This document shows positions 13,431 to 22,577 of a stretch of DNA of 64,000 nt, piece after piece. The first letter of the stretch is position 1. Each line of letters starts with the position of its first letter. This stretch comes from Massalongia carnosa. Lineage: Eukaryota. Position numbers and translations under genes: made by a program. The stretch spans positions 2,170,001 through 2,234,000 of the forward strand of contig OZ287072.1 in NCBI GenBank assembly GCA_965645245.1, read 5' to 3'. The notes below the pieces were generated by a model, which was not told the origin of the DNA, did not search any database, and was given only the letters and a program-made list of their open reading frames with translations.

Positions 13431-13931
13431 AGATACGCTCAGAAAAGATAGGCCTAGCCGCCTTCCTACATAGACACCGAGTCCCAGACGTCTCGTCCCC
13501 GAACTGCTCATGCGGCTGGCACAAACAGACTGCAAAACATGTGATCATGTTTTGCAAACTCAACGACAACAGAAAAACTCTGCTAAATACGATAGGCACA
13601 AACAACTATCGATTAATCACCGAGTCATCTAAAGCAATGAAATTAGTCACAAAGTGGCTAATGAAGACAGGTTTGTTGTCACAATTTTCGCTGACAGCAT
13701 AGCATCTATACTGCTAACAGTAGGCATGCTTTGTTTCATTTTTCATACTTGTCTTAGGTCAAAGGTTTTTTCATGGAGCACACGGCTGGGACCGGAAGGT
13801 CCTCGGCCGGACACAGGATTGCATGGTTTTTCTTCCTCAAAAGGTTTTCTATGTACTATAAAACTAGATAGACTCGCCCGCATGGGCCGGCCTTCGGCCG
13901 GTACTACATCGGAATAAGAATAATCATCATC
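13431..13931 (+). mobile_element. 5'-truncated LINE (Tad1-like non-LTR retrotransposon) 3' end
   Basis: Translates as IRSEKIGLAAFLHRHRVPDVSSPNCSCGWHKQTAKHVIMFC...KWLMKTGLLSQFSL, the CCHC C-terminus of fungal Tad-clade ORF2. Ends in an AATAATCATCATC tail. Flanked by a 14-bp direct repeat ATTTTTGCTCTATT at 13417-13430 and 13932-13945. Confidence 0.88.
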
Positions 13932-15379
13932 ATTTTTGCTCTATTTCCTTCTAAGTATGCTTTCCTCGCTTTTTTTTTTCCAGGTGCAATTTTACGAGGA
14001 ACTGAAACCGAATAAAACTGTCATGCTTGCTCGCTGAATTCTTCTTGATTTTTTCGTGATTTTGTTTAAGCTCCGTATTCAGCGCAAGGTTTTTGTGTTT
14101 TTAGACTTTGTTTGTTTGTTCTTTTTGCTTAATTTCCATTTTTCCTTTATACGTCGCTGGAAATACAGGGGGGAAGTGTGCTAATGATGCTGAAGGGGGC
14201 AAGAAGGTAAAGTAAGAAACTGACTTGAACTTAAATATATGGATAAAAGACGTTCTTAAAATATAATACGTTTTGAAACTTAACGCTTATCTATCAAACG
14301 CTTAGAAGATTAAGATTTCTTGAGCGCACCTAGGCAACACTATAGTTCTCTTCCTGCCGTAAACAGGGCGACCTAAGCGCTGTTTGCATGCATCTCGCAT
14401 CACCTTCCAATGCCCGTTGTTTTCCCCCGGCCTTCATCCCTCGGTGATTGAGATCCGGCGAAGAATTACACATCAGCTCATCCATTGCGCATGAATCTTA
14501 AAGAGATAACTCGCTTCTTGACTGGTGAAACCAAGAGGGGAAAGAGGAAGAAGGAGAAAGTAGTAGGGGAGGGGCCTGATCGGGGAACTTTACCAGCCAT
14601 CACTAGCAGCAGAACATCTTATTATCATCTCAGCAAATCAGACGTCGGCTCCCCCATGTAGTGAATGAAGTCTGTCAGCATGATTAAACGACTATATGAA
14701 AAACTAGGGTATGAGGATAGGACGGAGGCTAGACGGACAGAGCATGTATAGAAGCACGGTTATATAACTTCAGTAGGATATTTTATTGTCGGTAGAGTGG
14801 AGCGTGTACCGCGTGATGCAGAGACGGAAGGCGATATCCCAGGCAGGAGCGGAGGCTGAGACGGAACCATTTGCGTTGTCTTTAGGACTTAGCGGAAGAC
14901 CTGCAGCAATCACGTCTTCGGTATTGGTGATAAGGTCAGCTTCTGGTGCTATAAGAATGTTGGAGCGTAACCAAACTGCTGCTGAAGTAGTGGAAAAAAG
15001 GTATGGGCTAGTATTAGGGGCTTGAATCATCTAGAAAGATAGACTCGAATCGAGCAATGGCTACCGGCTTGTCTGCAGCATCCGGGTCAGGAGTAATGGC
15101 ATCAGGGGATCACTGGACAACAGCGGGAACTTGCGGGTCAAGTTCGCAAGCAAGCTAAAACTCTGTTACGAAAGACCAAAGGCAGCTTTCCCAAACATCT
15201 TGAACAGGTCATTCTAAATTGAAGAACTTGCATCCACCTAATAAGTCTAACCAAGCTCATTAGTTTTTGCCCTCGTGCCTTGATAGAATACAACAATAGA
15301 CCACACTAGACTACTCACTAAGGGGTAAACCAAGATCTTGGAAACCTTCCTTCTCTCTTGCATACCCTTACATTTTCTT

Positions 15380-16218
15380 TCAGTAAAAGTTGGTATTCGG
15401 CGGATGGCCCTCCTCCTGATCCTTATTCTAAATTGAGATAAGAGTTAGTAGATACTCTCCGATTGGCACATAAGGTAGCTCACTAAATGTCAACCTGTAG
15501 CCTTGACGACTTCGGTTTCGTAGTTAAGGTATTCCTTCGCTTTAGGAGTGATGATATCGTAAGTGATAGCAACATCAAAATCGATCCAGACAACTCTGTG
15601 GGCGGCTCCAGCCAGTAGAAGTATATTCTTTGGGTAAGGATCATTGTGCTCCACCAAGGCTTGATGAATAAGATCAATCCCTTTCACTGCCTTTTCCATA
15701 GCCTCATCTGTGTTAAGTTACGCAATTCATCGGTTGAGAATCTAGCAGATACTCTATCAATACCGTATCTAGAAAGTGTTTGTCGGAAGTAAACGTATCA
15801 AGATTTGGAGCAAATCCGGCTGGGTCGAGGCTCTCCACACGGCCGTAAAGGTCCGGAACAAAATCGCTGGAGCAGACGCCATGAAGTTTAAGGTTCCAAT
15901 ACGCTCGAAACTCAGAGCGATAAGATAGAGGTCTTGTCCATGACGACCAAAGCCCGGGTCTCCATTATTGTGAAACTATTCATCAGGGTTAATTTGCAAG
16001 AACCATTATGGAAGGTAAAACGTCTAGCTAGGTCAACTTACAACTTTCAAACCCTGCTTCTGGCCACGATGACTCACCAGCTACACTGTTGAAGCATTCG
16101 ATGAGCTAAAGCTCAAGAATAAACTTGGTGTTGGAGGGTTTGATATCCATCAAGAAGTCTATTCTGGTGCCTATGCACTGAAGCTTTTCAACGCGCCAAC
16201 CAGATTGGAGTGGACCAT
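15380..16218 (-). pseudogene. Fungal protein-kinase-like (PKL fold) pseudogene
   Basis: Fragments FHNNGDPGF, SEFRAYWNLKLHGVCSSDFVPDLYG, HNDPYPKNILL...RVVWIDFDVAITY (catalytic-loop and DFD-like motifs) and C-terminal DQEEGHPPNTNFY*. Interrupted by in-frame stops and frameshifts. Confidence 0.7.
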
Positions 16219-16727
16219 ATAGATTTTAATGATTTTACTTTTAGCGAAGATGAGGTTTTGGTTGAGGATTGATTAGGTTTTTCACCATGCCGTAAGTACT
16301 ATAGGTAATCACATATACGCTCTGCGAACACTACCAACGCCAGCTACTTGTGGAAGGATATAACCTCGGTCAGCCCATGGACAGAGTTCCATTAACCAGC
16401 GTTGTGAGTAATCCTAGATATAGTCATGGAAGTCGAAGGTCGAAGAAGAATGATGTCTAAAGAGTTGAACAAATGGTGTAGGAAAAGGCATCTTTCTAAC
16501 ACTCTTCTTCTCATCATCACCATTGATTTAAAGTTCAACGTTATAAATCGTATATTTCTTACTCTTTCATTCACTTCCTCCTTCAACTAATCGCATAAAT
16601 AAAATTTTTTTAATTTCCTCATCATAGTCAAAACAAAGCCATCTTAAAAGGAGTCCTCAGCAAAAACCAAACGTCAACACAACAACGAGAGAAGGATAGC
16701 CCAGCCATAAATAGTAATTATATTATA

Positions 16728-17188
16728 TGTAATTCGCGGGCTCCATCATGTCAGCTGAACATATACATAATTTCTATCTATGTTTGGGCAACTCTCCCCT
16801 CGCTGCTGCCCTGCTGGCGCTCAGTTTTGCTGAGGGCCCCTCCTATAATGGCTTTGTTTTGGCAGCAGTGAGGGGAAAAACTCCATCTACCTATGCGGCT
16901 GATTCAGGGAGTGGGTGGGTGGGCAAAAGACCTTTTGGTGCTGAACTCCGAATCAATGGTGATGATGAGGAGAAGAGTGCCAAAAGGCCACCTATTTATG
17001 CCCTTTCTCTCCCTTGCTTGTCCAACTATTTTGGACATCATCCTCCTTTGTCCTTCGGCCTTCGTTGGCTGTTCGCGGTCTGCCTCCACTCGGTCCTTCG
17101 GCTATCCACGGCCTTCAGCCTTCGTCGGCTGTTTCGCGGCCTGCCTCCACTCGGTCCCGGCATTACCTTTCGCCTTAGCCGAATTACT
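16728..17188 (+). mobile_element. Younger solo-LTR-like repeat (~460 bp) of the same family, inserted in opposite orientation into the older copy
   Basis: 8-bp inverted termini GTAATTCG (16729) and CGAATTAC (17187). TATA(T) direct repeat on both sides once the pogo element is removed. Internal ~50-bp duplication (17052-17100 and 17112-17160). Non-coding. Confidence 0.65.
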
Positions 17189-17202
17189 ACAGTGAACCCT
17201 GG

Positions 17203-18529
17203 CACGCGGGGGACAAAAAAAAAACTACACCAAAATTTAACCGGGTTCAACCCCCCACCAAAACACAAGCAATTTCCATACAATTTTGATGGGATAATCA
17301 CCATTTCAACAACCAGTCATCCAATTCATTCAATCTATTCAATAACCAGTCATTTTACCCTCACCATCCAAAACAGCTCTCAATCTATCTGGCATAGTAG
17401 ACACCCGTTCATTGATAAATGCCTGGGAAACGTTCGCCCACCCCTCATAAATTAGCCCCTTGGTCGTATCATCATCCAATGAGGATATTTTTTTAAATAT
17501 TGCTTCGGGGCCTGCCAGCAATTTTCTATGGGGGCCAAATCAGGTGAACATGGACAGTTGAAATAGTGCTTCAGATCGTTGTTCTGCTTCCAAGTGCGTA
17601 CAATGTTTGATTTGCCTGGTCCATGTCCAGAATCACCGTCTTCTTCTAAGACGAAATCGTGTTTTGCTTCAATCCAGGGCTTCACAATAGGCTCCAATAT
17701 AGAGTCGATATAGACTCGTTGACTCATCTTTCCATTGGAGTTTCCAGGAACTCTGTAAAAGTAGATATCTGACTTGAAGTCATGACCTGCAGCAGCCCAA
17801 CAGTGATGTCTCTTCTTGACGGCCTCGTCTGGTTCATCTGCTTCTTGAATACAATCATGACAATAACGTTCACCTAATCTTCGTATGATGCGTAATTTGC
17901 CCTGAGGTCCCCATCCAAAGTGCACTTCGTCACTAAATCGAACTTGTTTCCAGTCTTCTGCATTTGGATATCTAGAAAGCATAGCATCTGACCACTTCAT
18001 ACGAAGCTTTCTTGTCTTCTCGTTCACCCATCCCTTTCTGCACGCAATGCATTTGTGATAATCCATGGTGCCCATGATTCGTTGAATGGTTTTGCCACTG
18101 CAGTCTAGGCCTACTTCGAAGCCCAATTGCTCTCATGTAAGAGCGCGCGCCTCCATACCTTCTTCTTCCAATAGCCGTTCCATTTCTCTAATCAATTTAG
18201 GCGTAACAATTTTGTGACGCCCACGAGCTTCAGAAACATCGGAATTATTATGATGACGGCGTGATGAGGCTCCTTCACGCAGGTATGCATAGCCCCTCGT
18301 ACGTTCCACATCAAATGTGCGAAAAACATCCTCTTTGTGATAAGAAATGCCTTGCTTTTCGCAAAATTCAACGGCTCCCTGAATTTTAGCTTTGGTAGGA
18401 GTCTCGATATGTTTAGAATTCATAATAATGATAATTATCCCATCAAAATCGTATGTAAATTGCTTGTGTTTTGGTGGGGAGTTGAGCCCGGTTAAATTTT
18501 GGTGTAGTTTTTTTTTTGTCCCCCGCGTG
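17203..18529 (-). mobile_element. Tc1/IS630-type DD37E transposon, copy 1 (1327 bp, ~100-bp TIRs, 5-bp TSD CCTGG)
   Basis: Termini CACGCGGGGGAC(A)10CTACACCAAAATTTAACCGGG (43 bp perfect, ~100 bp imperfect). CCTGG at 17198-17202 and 18530-18534. Near-identical to 37488-38814. Confidence 0.95.
17339..18423 (-). pseudogene. DD37E transposase, copy 1 (nonsense codon + frameshift)
   Basis: Motifs VRFSDEVHFG, FVLEEDGDSGHG, SPDLAPIENCW. TGG>TGA at 18133-18135 and a 1-nt deletion at ~17476 relative to copy 2. Confidence 0.9.
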
Positions 18530-18793
18530 CCTGGTTAAAACGAACCTTTTTCCAACGAATTCGGCTTATAACGAATTTTTTTCATGGATGAGCGATTCTT
18601 GTATGTAAAATAACGAATGTCGGCCTATTGCGAATTCGTAAGCAATTTTAGAAAGTTTCTTAGTGATTCGCTATAACTAGACCTCGGCAATTACCCTTTT
18701 AGGATTAGCTGATAAAAATTCTTGATACGTAGTACTACATGCTGCGCATCCTATCGATAGATAACATATCCTTTTAATAACCAACAACACATC

Positions 18794-20449
18794 ATGAATT
18801 CTTCCTCCAAAAAACGTCGTCGACCTACCACAGATGCAGAAAAACACGCGCTTCGTCAGTATGTTCAGAATAATTTCGTTAAAAGACCTTTCGGCAAAGC
18901 TCTTCAAGTCTGGTTTGAAGCTGAATTCGGTCATACACCTTCGGAATCTACAATATCGGATATTCTTTCTCGAAAATACGATCGTTTAAATGAGAAGGAG
19001 ACATTTCAACCTGATATCAAAAGATTGAAAGCTTCTTTTTGGCCGGATCTTGAAGCGGCTCTTTTCGAATGGCAACAACGAATGCAGATAAAGCAGGCGA
19101 CTGTGACGGGAGAGTTATTGAAGGAGATGGCAAAGAAAATCTGGACAAGACTTCCTCAATACTCTCATGAAGAAATGCCCAAATTTTCTAACGGTTGGCT
19201 AGATGCTTTTAAAGCTCGTCATTCCATCTCCTTTCGTATTCGACATGGAGAAGCGGCATCAGTTGACAAGGAGACAGTGGAAGAAGAATTGAGGGACTTG
19301 AGAATTAAGTTGGCTCCGTACGATCAAGACGATGTATACAACATGGATGAGGCTGCCTTGTATTGGAAGATGAATCCGAATGGAACGTTGGCTACAGCTT
19401 CATCTGCTGGATTGAAGCTTGAGAAAGCTAGAATAACCGTTAGTTTTTGCGTTAATGCAACGGGCACTCATAAACTTCCACTTTTGTTCATTGGTACGGC
19501 AAAAACACCTCGCTGTTTTACGCGTGAGGGGATCAACGTTAGCAACCTGAATATGCTATGGCGAAGCAATAGAAAGGCATGGATGACGGGAGTATTATTT
19601 CAAGAGTATTTGCAATGGTTTAGTCGTCAAACAAATCGCAAAGTAGTCTTGCTAGTCGATGGATTTTCAGCTCATGTTGCTGGCTATCGTCAGTATTCAG
19701 AATCAAATCCTGAATCAAACGTTAAAGTGATATCTCTTCCTGCCAATGCTACAAGCATCTGTCAACCATTGGATCAAGGCATCATCAAGACGTTTAAGGC
19801 TCACTACAAGCGAAAATGGCTAGCCTTTTTATGTGATCAGTATGATGCGGACAAAGATCCTTTTAAGAACATGCATATTTTGCAAGCTATTCGTTGGTCA
19901 ATGACTGCTTGGGAGTATGACGTCAAACCCGCTACTATCGTCAACTGCTGGATTAAGTCTTTGGTATTCTCAGCAAATTACGGACCTACTACGCAATTGC
20001 AAGCGAAGAAAATGGGCTGGACGAAAGAAAAGGGTTGGTCGAAGGCAGTTGATCAAGAGACGGAAGACTACAATCAACTAGTAAAAGAGATGAGCACTAC
20101 ATTGCAGCATTTGAAGAAGAATGATCGCATTCAAGACGTCATAAGTATTGAACGATGTCTCAATCCCGCGGAAGAAATCATTGAGGATGATGATGATGAC
20201 ATTCTTGATACTATTGTGGATGCATACGCCGAGGGTCAAATTGAAGAATCGGATGAAGATGAGATCGTCAAACCTACAGTGAAATACTCTGAAGCTATTC
20301 AAGCTTTGAGAATACTACGTACATTTCATGAGCAACAGGAAGATGGCGACATCGATCTGATTCAACGTTTGAATGCTTCGGAGCAGGTTATGCTAAATGG
20401 GGAAATCAATACTAGAAAGCAGATGACCATTACCAGCTATTTTAGGTAG
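18794..20449 (+). CDS. pogo/Tigger (CENP-B-like) transposase, intact 551 aa
   Basis: HTH-CENPB region (WPDLEAALFEWQ...FSNGWLDAFKARH) and catalytic NMDEAALYW, LLVDGFSAH, LPANATSICQPLDQGII (37 residues between the 2nd and 3rd D). Ends in QMTITSYF. Confidence 0.93.
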   Translation: MNSSSKKRRRPTTDAEKHALRQYVQNNFVKRPFGKALQVWFEAEFGHTPSESTISDILSRKYDRLNEKETFQPDIKRLKASFWPDLEAALFEWQQRMQIKQATVTGELLKEMAKKIWTRLPQYSHEEMPKFSNGWLDAFKARHSISFRIRHGEAASVDKETVEEELRDLRIKLAPYDQDDVYNMDEAALYWKMNPNGTLATASSAGLKLEKARITVSFCVNATGTHKLPLLFIGTAKTPRCFTREGINVSNLNMLWRSNRKAWMTGVLFQEYLQWFSRQTNRKVVLLVDGFSAHVAGYRQYSESNPESNVKVISLPANATSICQPLDQGIIKTFKAHYKRKWLAFLCDQYDADKDPFKNMHILQAIRWSMTAWEYDVKPATIVNCWIKSLVFSANYGPTTQLQAKKMGWTKEKGWSKAVDQETEDYNQLVKEMSTTLQHLKKNDRIQDVISIERCLNPAEEIIEDDDDDILDTIVDAYAEGQIEESDEDEIVKPTVKYSEAIQALRILRTFHEQQEDGDIDLIQRLNASEQVMLNGEINTRKQMTITSYFR

Positions 20450-21732
20450 AAAATGAGATGTTTTCGTAGAAATTAAGGTTATAACGAAAACTGGTTATAA
20501 CGAATTTTTTTCATGGAATCATCGATTCGTTATAGCCAGGGTTCACTGTATATTCAATCAACACGATGAAGTACCGCGAACTACATATAACTCTCTACTA
20601 CCATACGAATCCAAGCAGATCTTATACCAACGTCAGCTTCACCGCCAACTGTTGTAACTAGAGACGAGCTAGCGTTCGTTTCATTGAGTATTCTCCCTCG
20701 GTTTCGGCGCGCTCTGCGCACAGGATTCGAACACCTATTGCCACAAATACAGACAATGGGATTGAAGTAGTTGACCTTTACCACTGGGTCGACCGTAAGA
20801 TTTATCGATAACTTTGAGCTAGATAGTTGGTGGTCCGATTATTACGTTACTTCCCAAGAGCTGCCCTTGAGATTTGAAAATTTTCTTGAATATCGAAATT
20901 CTACCTGGCTTACAAACTAAGACATGGAGCTTCAGGGGGGAATGCGGACAAGCATTGTCACAGGTGAATTATTATATGAACTAGCATGGATGCCGATATG
21001 GCTTTATAATCACGTATATGGAGTTCGTGCCATTCAAGAGCCTGAATGGGGATGGTGATTTGGCAACCGCAACCGCCATCCTGTGGCAACAAGCAGGGCT
21101 ACGGGAAGATGTGAGTCTTGCTTGGGTTGTGGTACCTTGGAATGCTTAGCACCTACGAAGACAATTTGCAGTGATGGAACCATTGAACAAAGACTTAGTG
21201 CTGTAATTGGGAGGGTATAAGAGACAGTAGGACAAACTCCCTTAAAATATCATGTCACCTTCCAGGCCCCGAATACGATCCTTATTTCTCTCGTTCTACT
21301 CCCGGGAGGCTTCCTTTGCGCGATTATACCCTCCGAGTCGCCATCCCTACTACTACCTACGCTTCTATCTTTCCCTTCTCCCTTATAGCTTCCTATAGCC
21401 TTCCGACGATGAACTGATTTTCCATTAAGAGGGAATTATCTCCTAAACTTGCATTATCACCATCGAGAACTGAATCGCCTGGGTCTGATCCTGCAATGCT
21501 AGCAACCTGAAGTGGCTGATCGCTGCCGGATCCTAGGAGAGGTTGATTTGAGAGCGAATCGATTTGATCGTTACCAGGTACGGAATCTGGCCCGATGCTG
21601 GCAAAAAGGTTGTTGGTGCCAACTTGACTCCGGTGGTTGGTCTTGTAAATGTCTAGGTCGCATTCGAGCCTGACTAACTACAGATTTCGTTCGTTAAGAG
21701 CCATTGTTGAAGCTGAATAACCGGGTTACTTA

Positions 21733-22577
21733 CTAGATAACTGTCGTCATTATGGATTGCTGCCTGTTCCGGTATATCAGGTTAGTAGTCTGCGACTATC
21801 TTGGACGGTGCCATGCTACTTACGCAATGCTTCCGGCAGTAAGGTGCACAGGTTGTTTCCTATCCCGATGAATACATCCGCGGTTAGCCATGGTTACAAG
21901 GTCGACACTTGTCAAGGCATTTGATTCAGTAGCACTCACGCATTGACGCGGATTCTTGGGATCACAGTATCCAGTTTTGCAAAATGCGTAACAGGGACAA
22001 CGATTACCTGCCTGGTACGGACAATCATCAAGAAACTGGTCCCATTGGCTATCAATAGGAGGTGGTTGATTTGGTTCGTACGGAAATGGACCTATTCCAT
22101 TGGCGTCTGGGGTTGGCCGTGCTCCTGGTCCCTGAGTTTCTTGCGATCCTGATGTAGGAGGGAGCCCTTGTTCTTGTCCTGGGTTTGTATTTTGCCCTGG
22201 TCCTGGGGAAACTTCTTGTCCTTGTTTTGGGGGTATATTTTGCCCTGGTACTCCTCCTGCTGGTACCGCCAATGGCGAACCTTTTGTCGGGACTTTTTTC
22301 AATGGGATTTTGTTTGATGATGGTGGTGGGTTCACGGCTAACCAGTCAGACCCAGGTCTAAGCAATTTTTAGTGCACGTTCTTAGGTGGATTCGATGAAA
22401 GTATGAGCCATACCCGATATTTGAGCTGTCCCCTTGTTGGGCGTTAAAAGCATAAAATTGGTCTGGACTTAATGTACCACCCTGCTCGGGTATCAAGGCC
22501 TCATCGAAATCAACAGGTATAGATACAACAAGGACCACCACAGCAAAAAGAGTTGATATCAGTGAAATTGGACGCAT
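21733..22577 (-). CDS. Small secreted Pro/Gly/Gln-rich, Cys-rich protein (effector-like); 3' end uncertain
   Basis: Signal-peptide-like MRPISLISTLFAVVVLVVS. Introns 22413-22358 and 21939-21860 splice in frame. Cys cluster CPYQAGNRCPCYAFCKTGYCDPKNPRQC|ETTCAPYCRKHC, then a further GTAAGT donor at 21823. Confidence 0.6.

Larger units (their letters stand above)
17190..20548 (+). mobile_element. pogo/Tigger-like DNA transposon (CENP-B HTH + DDE_1), TA target duplication, left TIR interrupted by a DD37E element
   Basis: TA at 17188-17189 and 20549-20550. The right TIR reverse-complements to CAGTGAACCCTGGCTATAACGAA and the reconstructed left TIR is CAGTGAACCCTGGTTAAAACGAA (21/23). Subterminal TTATAACGAATTTTTTTCATGGA occurs near both ends. 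Confidence 0.92.
16407..20585 (-). mobile_element. Older, AT-enriched solo-LTR-like repeat, split into 16407-16727 and ~20551-20585 by later insertions
   Basis: The reverse complement of 16407-16727 aligns along 16760-17188 (e.g. GAACTTTAAATCAATGGTGATGATGAGAAGAAGAGTGTTAG vs GAACTCCGAATCAATGGTGATGATGAGGAGAAGAGTGCCAA). Its missing ~30-nt 5' end is at 20553-20585 (TTCAATCAACACGATGAAGTACCGCGAACTACA vs rc TTCAGCTGACATGATGGAGCCCGCGAATTACA). Confidence 0.7.
16287..21174 (+). pseudogene. Decayed gene of an uncharacterised fungal family (NTTN..Y...DI..V..W..F / QALSQVNYYM..HGCRYGFII / LLGLWYLGML), split by a 4.2-kb nested TE stack
   Basis: 5' piece from 16321 reads SANTTNASYLWKDITSVSPWTEF. The 3' piece after 20586 reads ...ILPRFRRALRTGFEHLLPQ...ECGQALSQVNYYMN*HGCRYGFIITYMEFVPFK...VLLGLWYLGMLSTYEDNLQ*. 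Contains stops and frameshifts. Confidence 0.65.

Noticed and set aside
14330..15150. Protein-like decayed text on the minus strand
   Set aside because: Many stops and no identifiable family, so a call cannot be supported.
17198..17202. Alternative reading that GG/CC belongs to the TIR, giving a shorter TSD
   Set aside because: This arises only because CCTGG is near-palindromic. Copy 2 flanks (CATGC/CATGC) fix the terminus at CACG.
16748..17455. 235-aa plus-strand ORF
   Set aside because: It runs across the solo-LTR-like repeat, the pogo TIR and the DD37E TIR, so it is a chance chimera.
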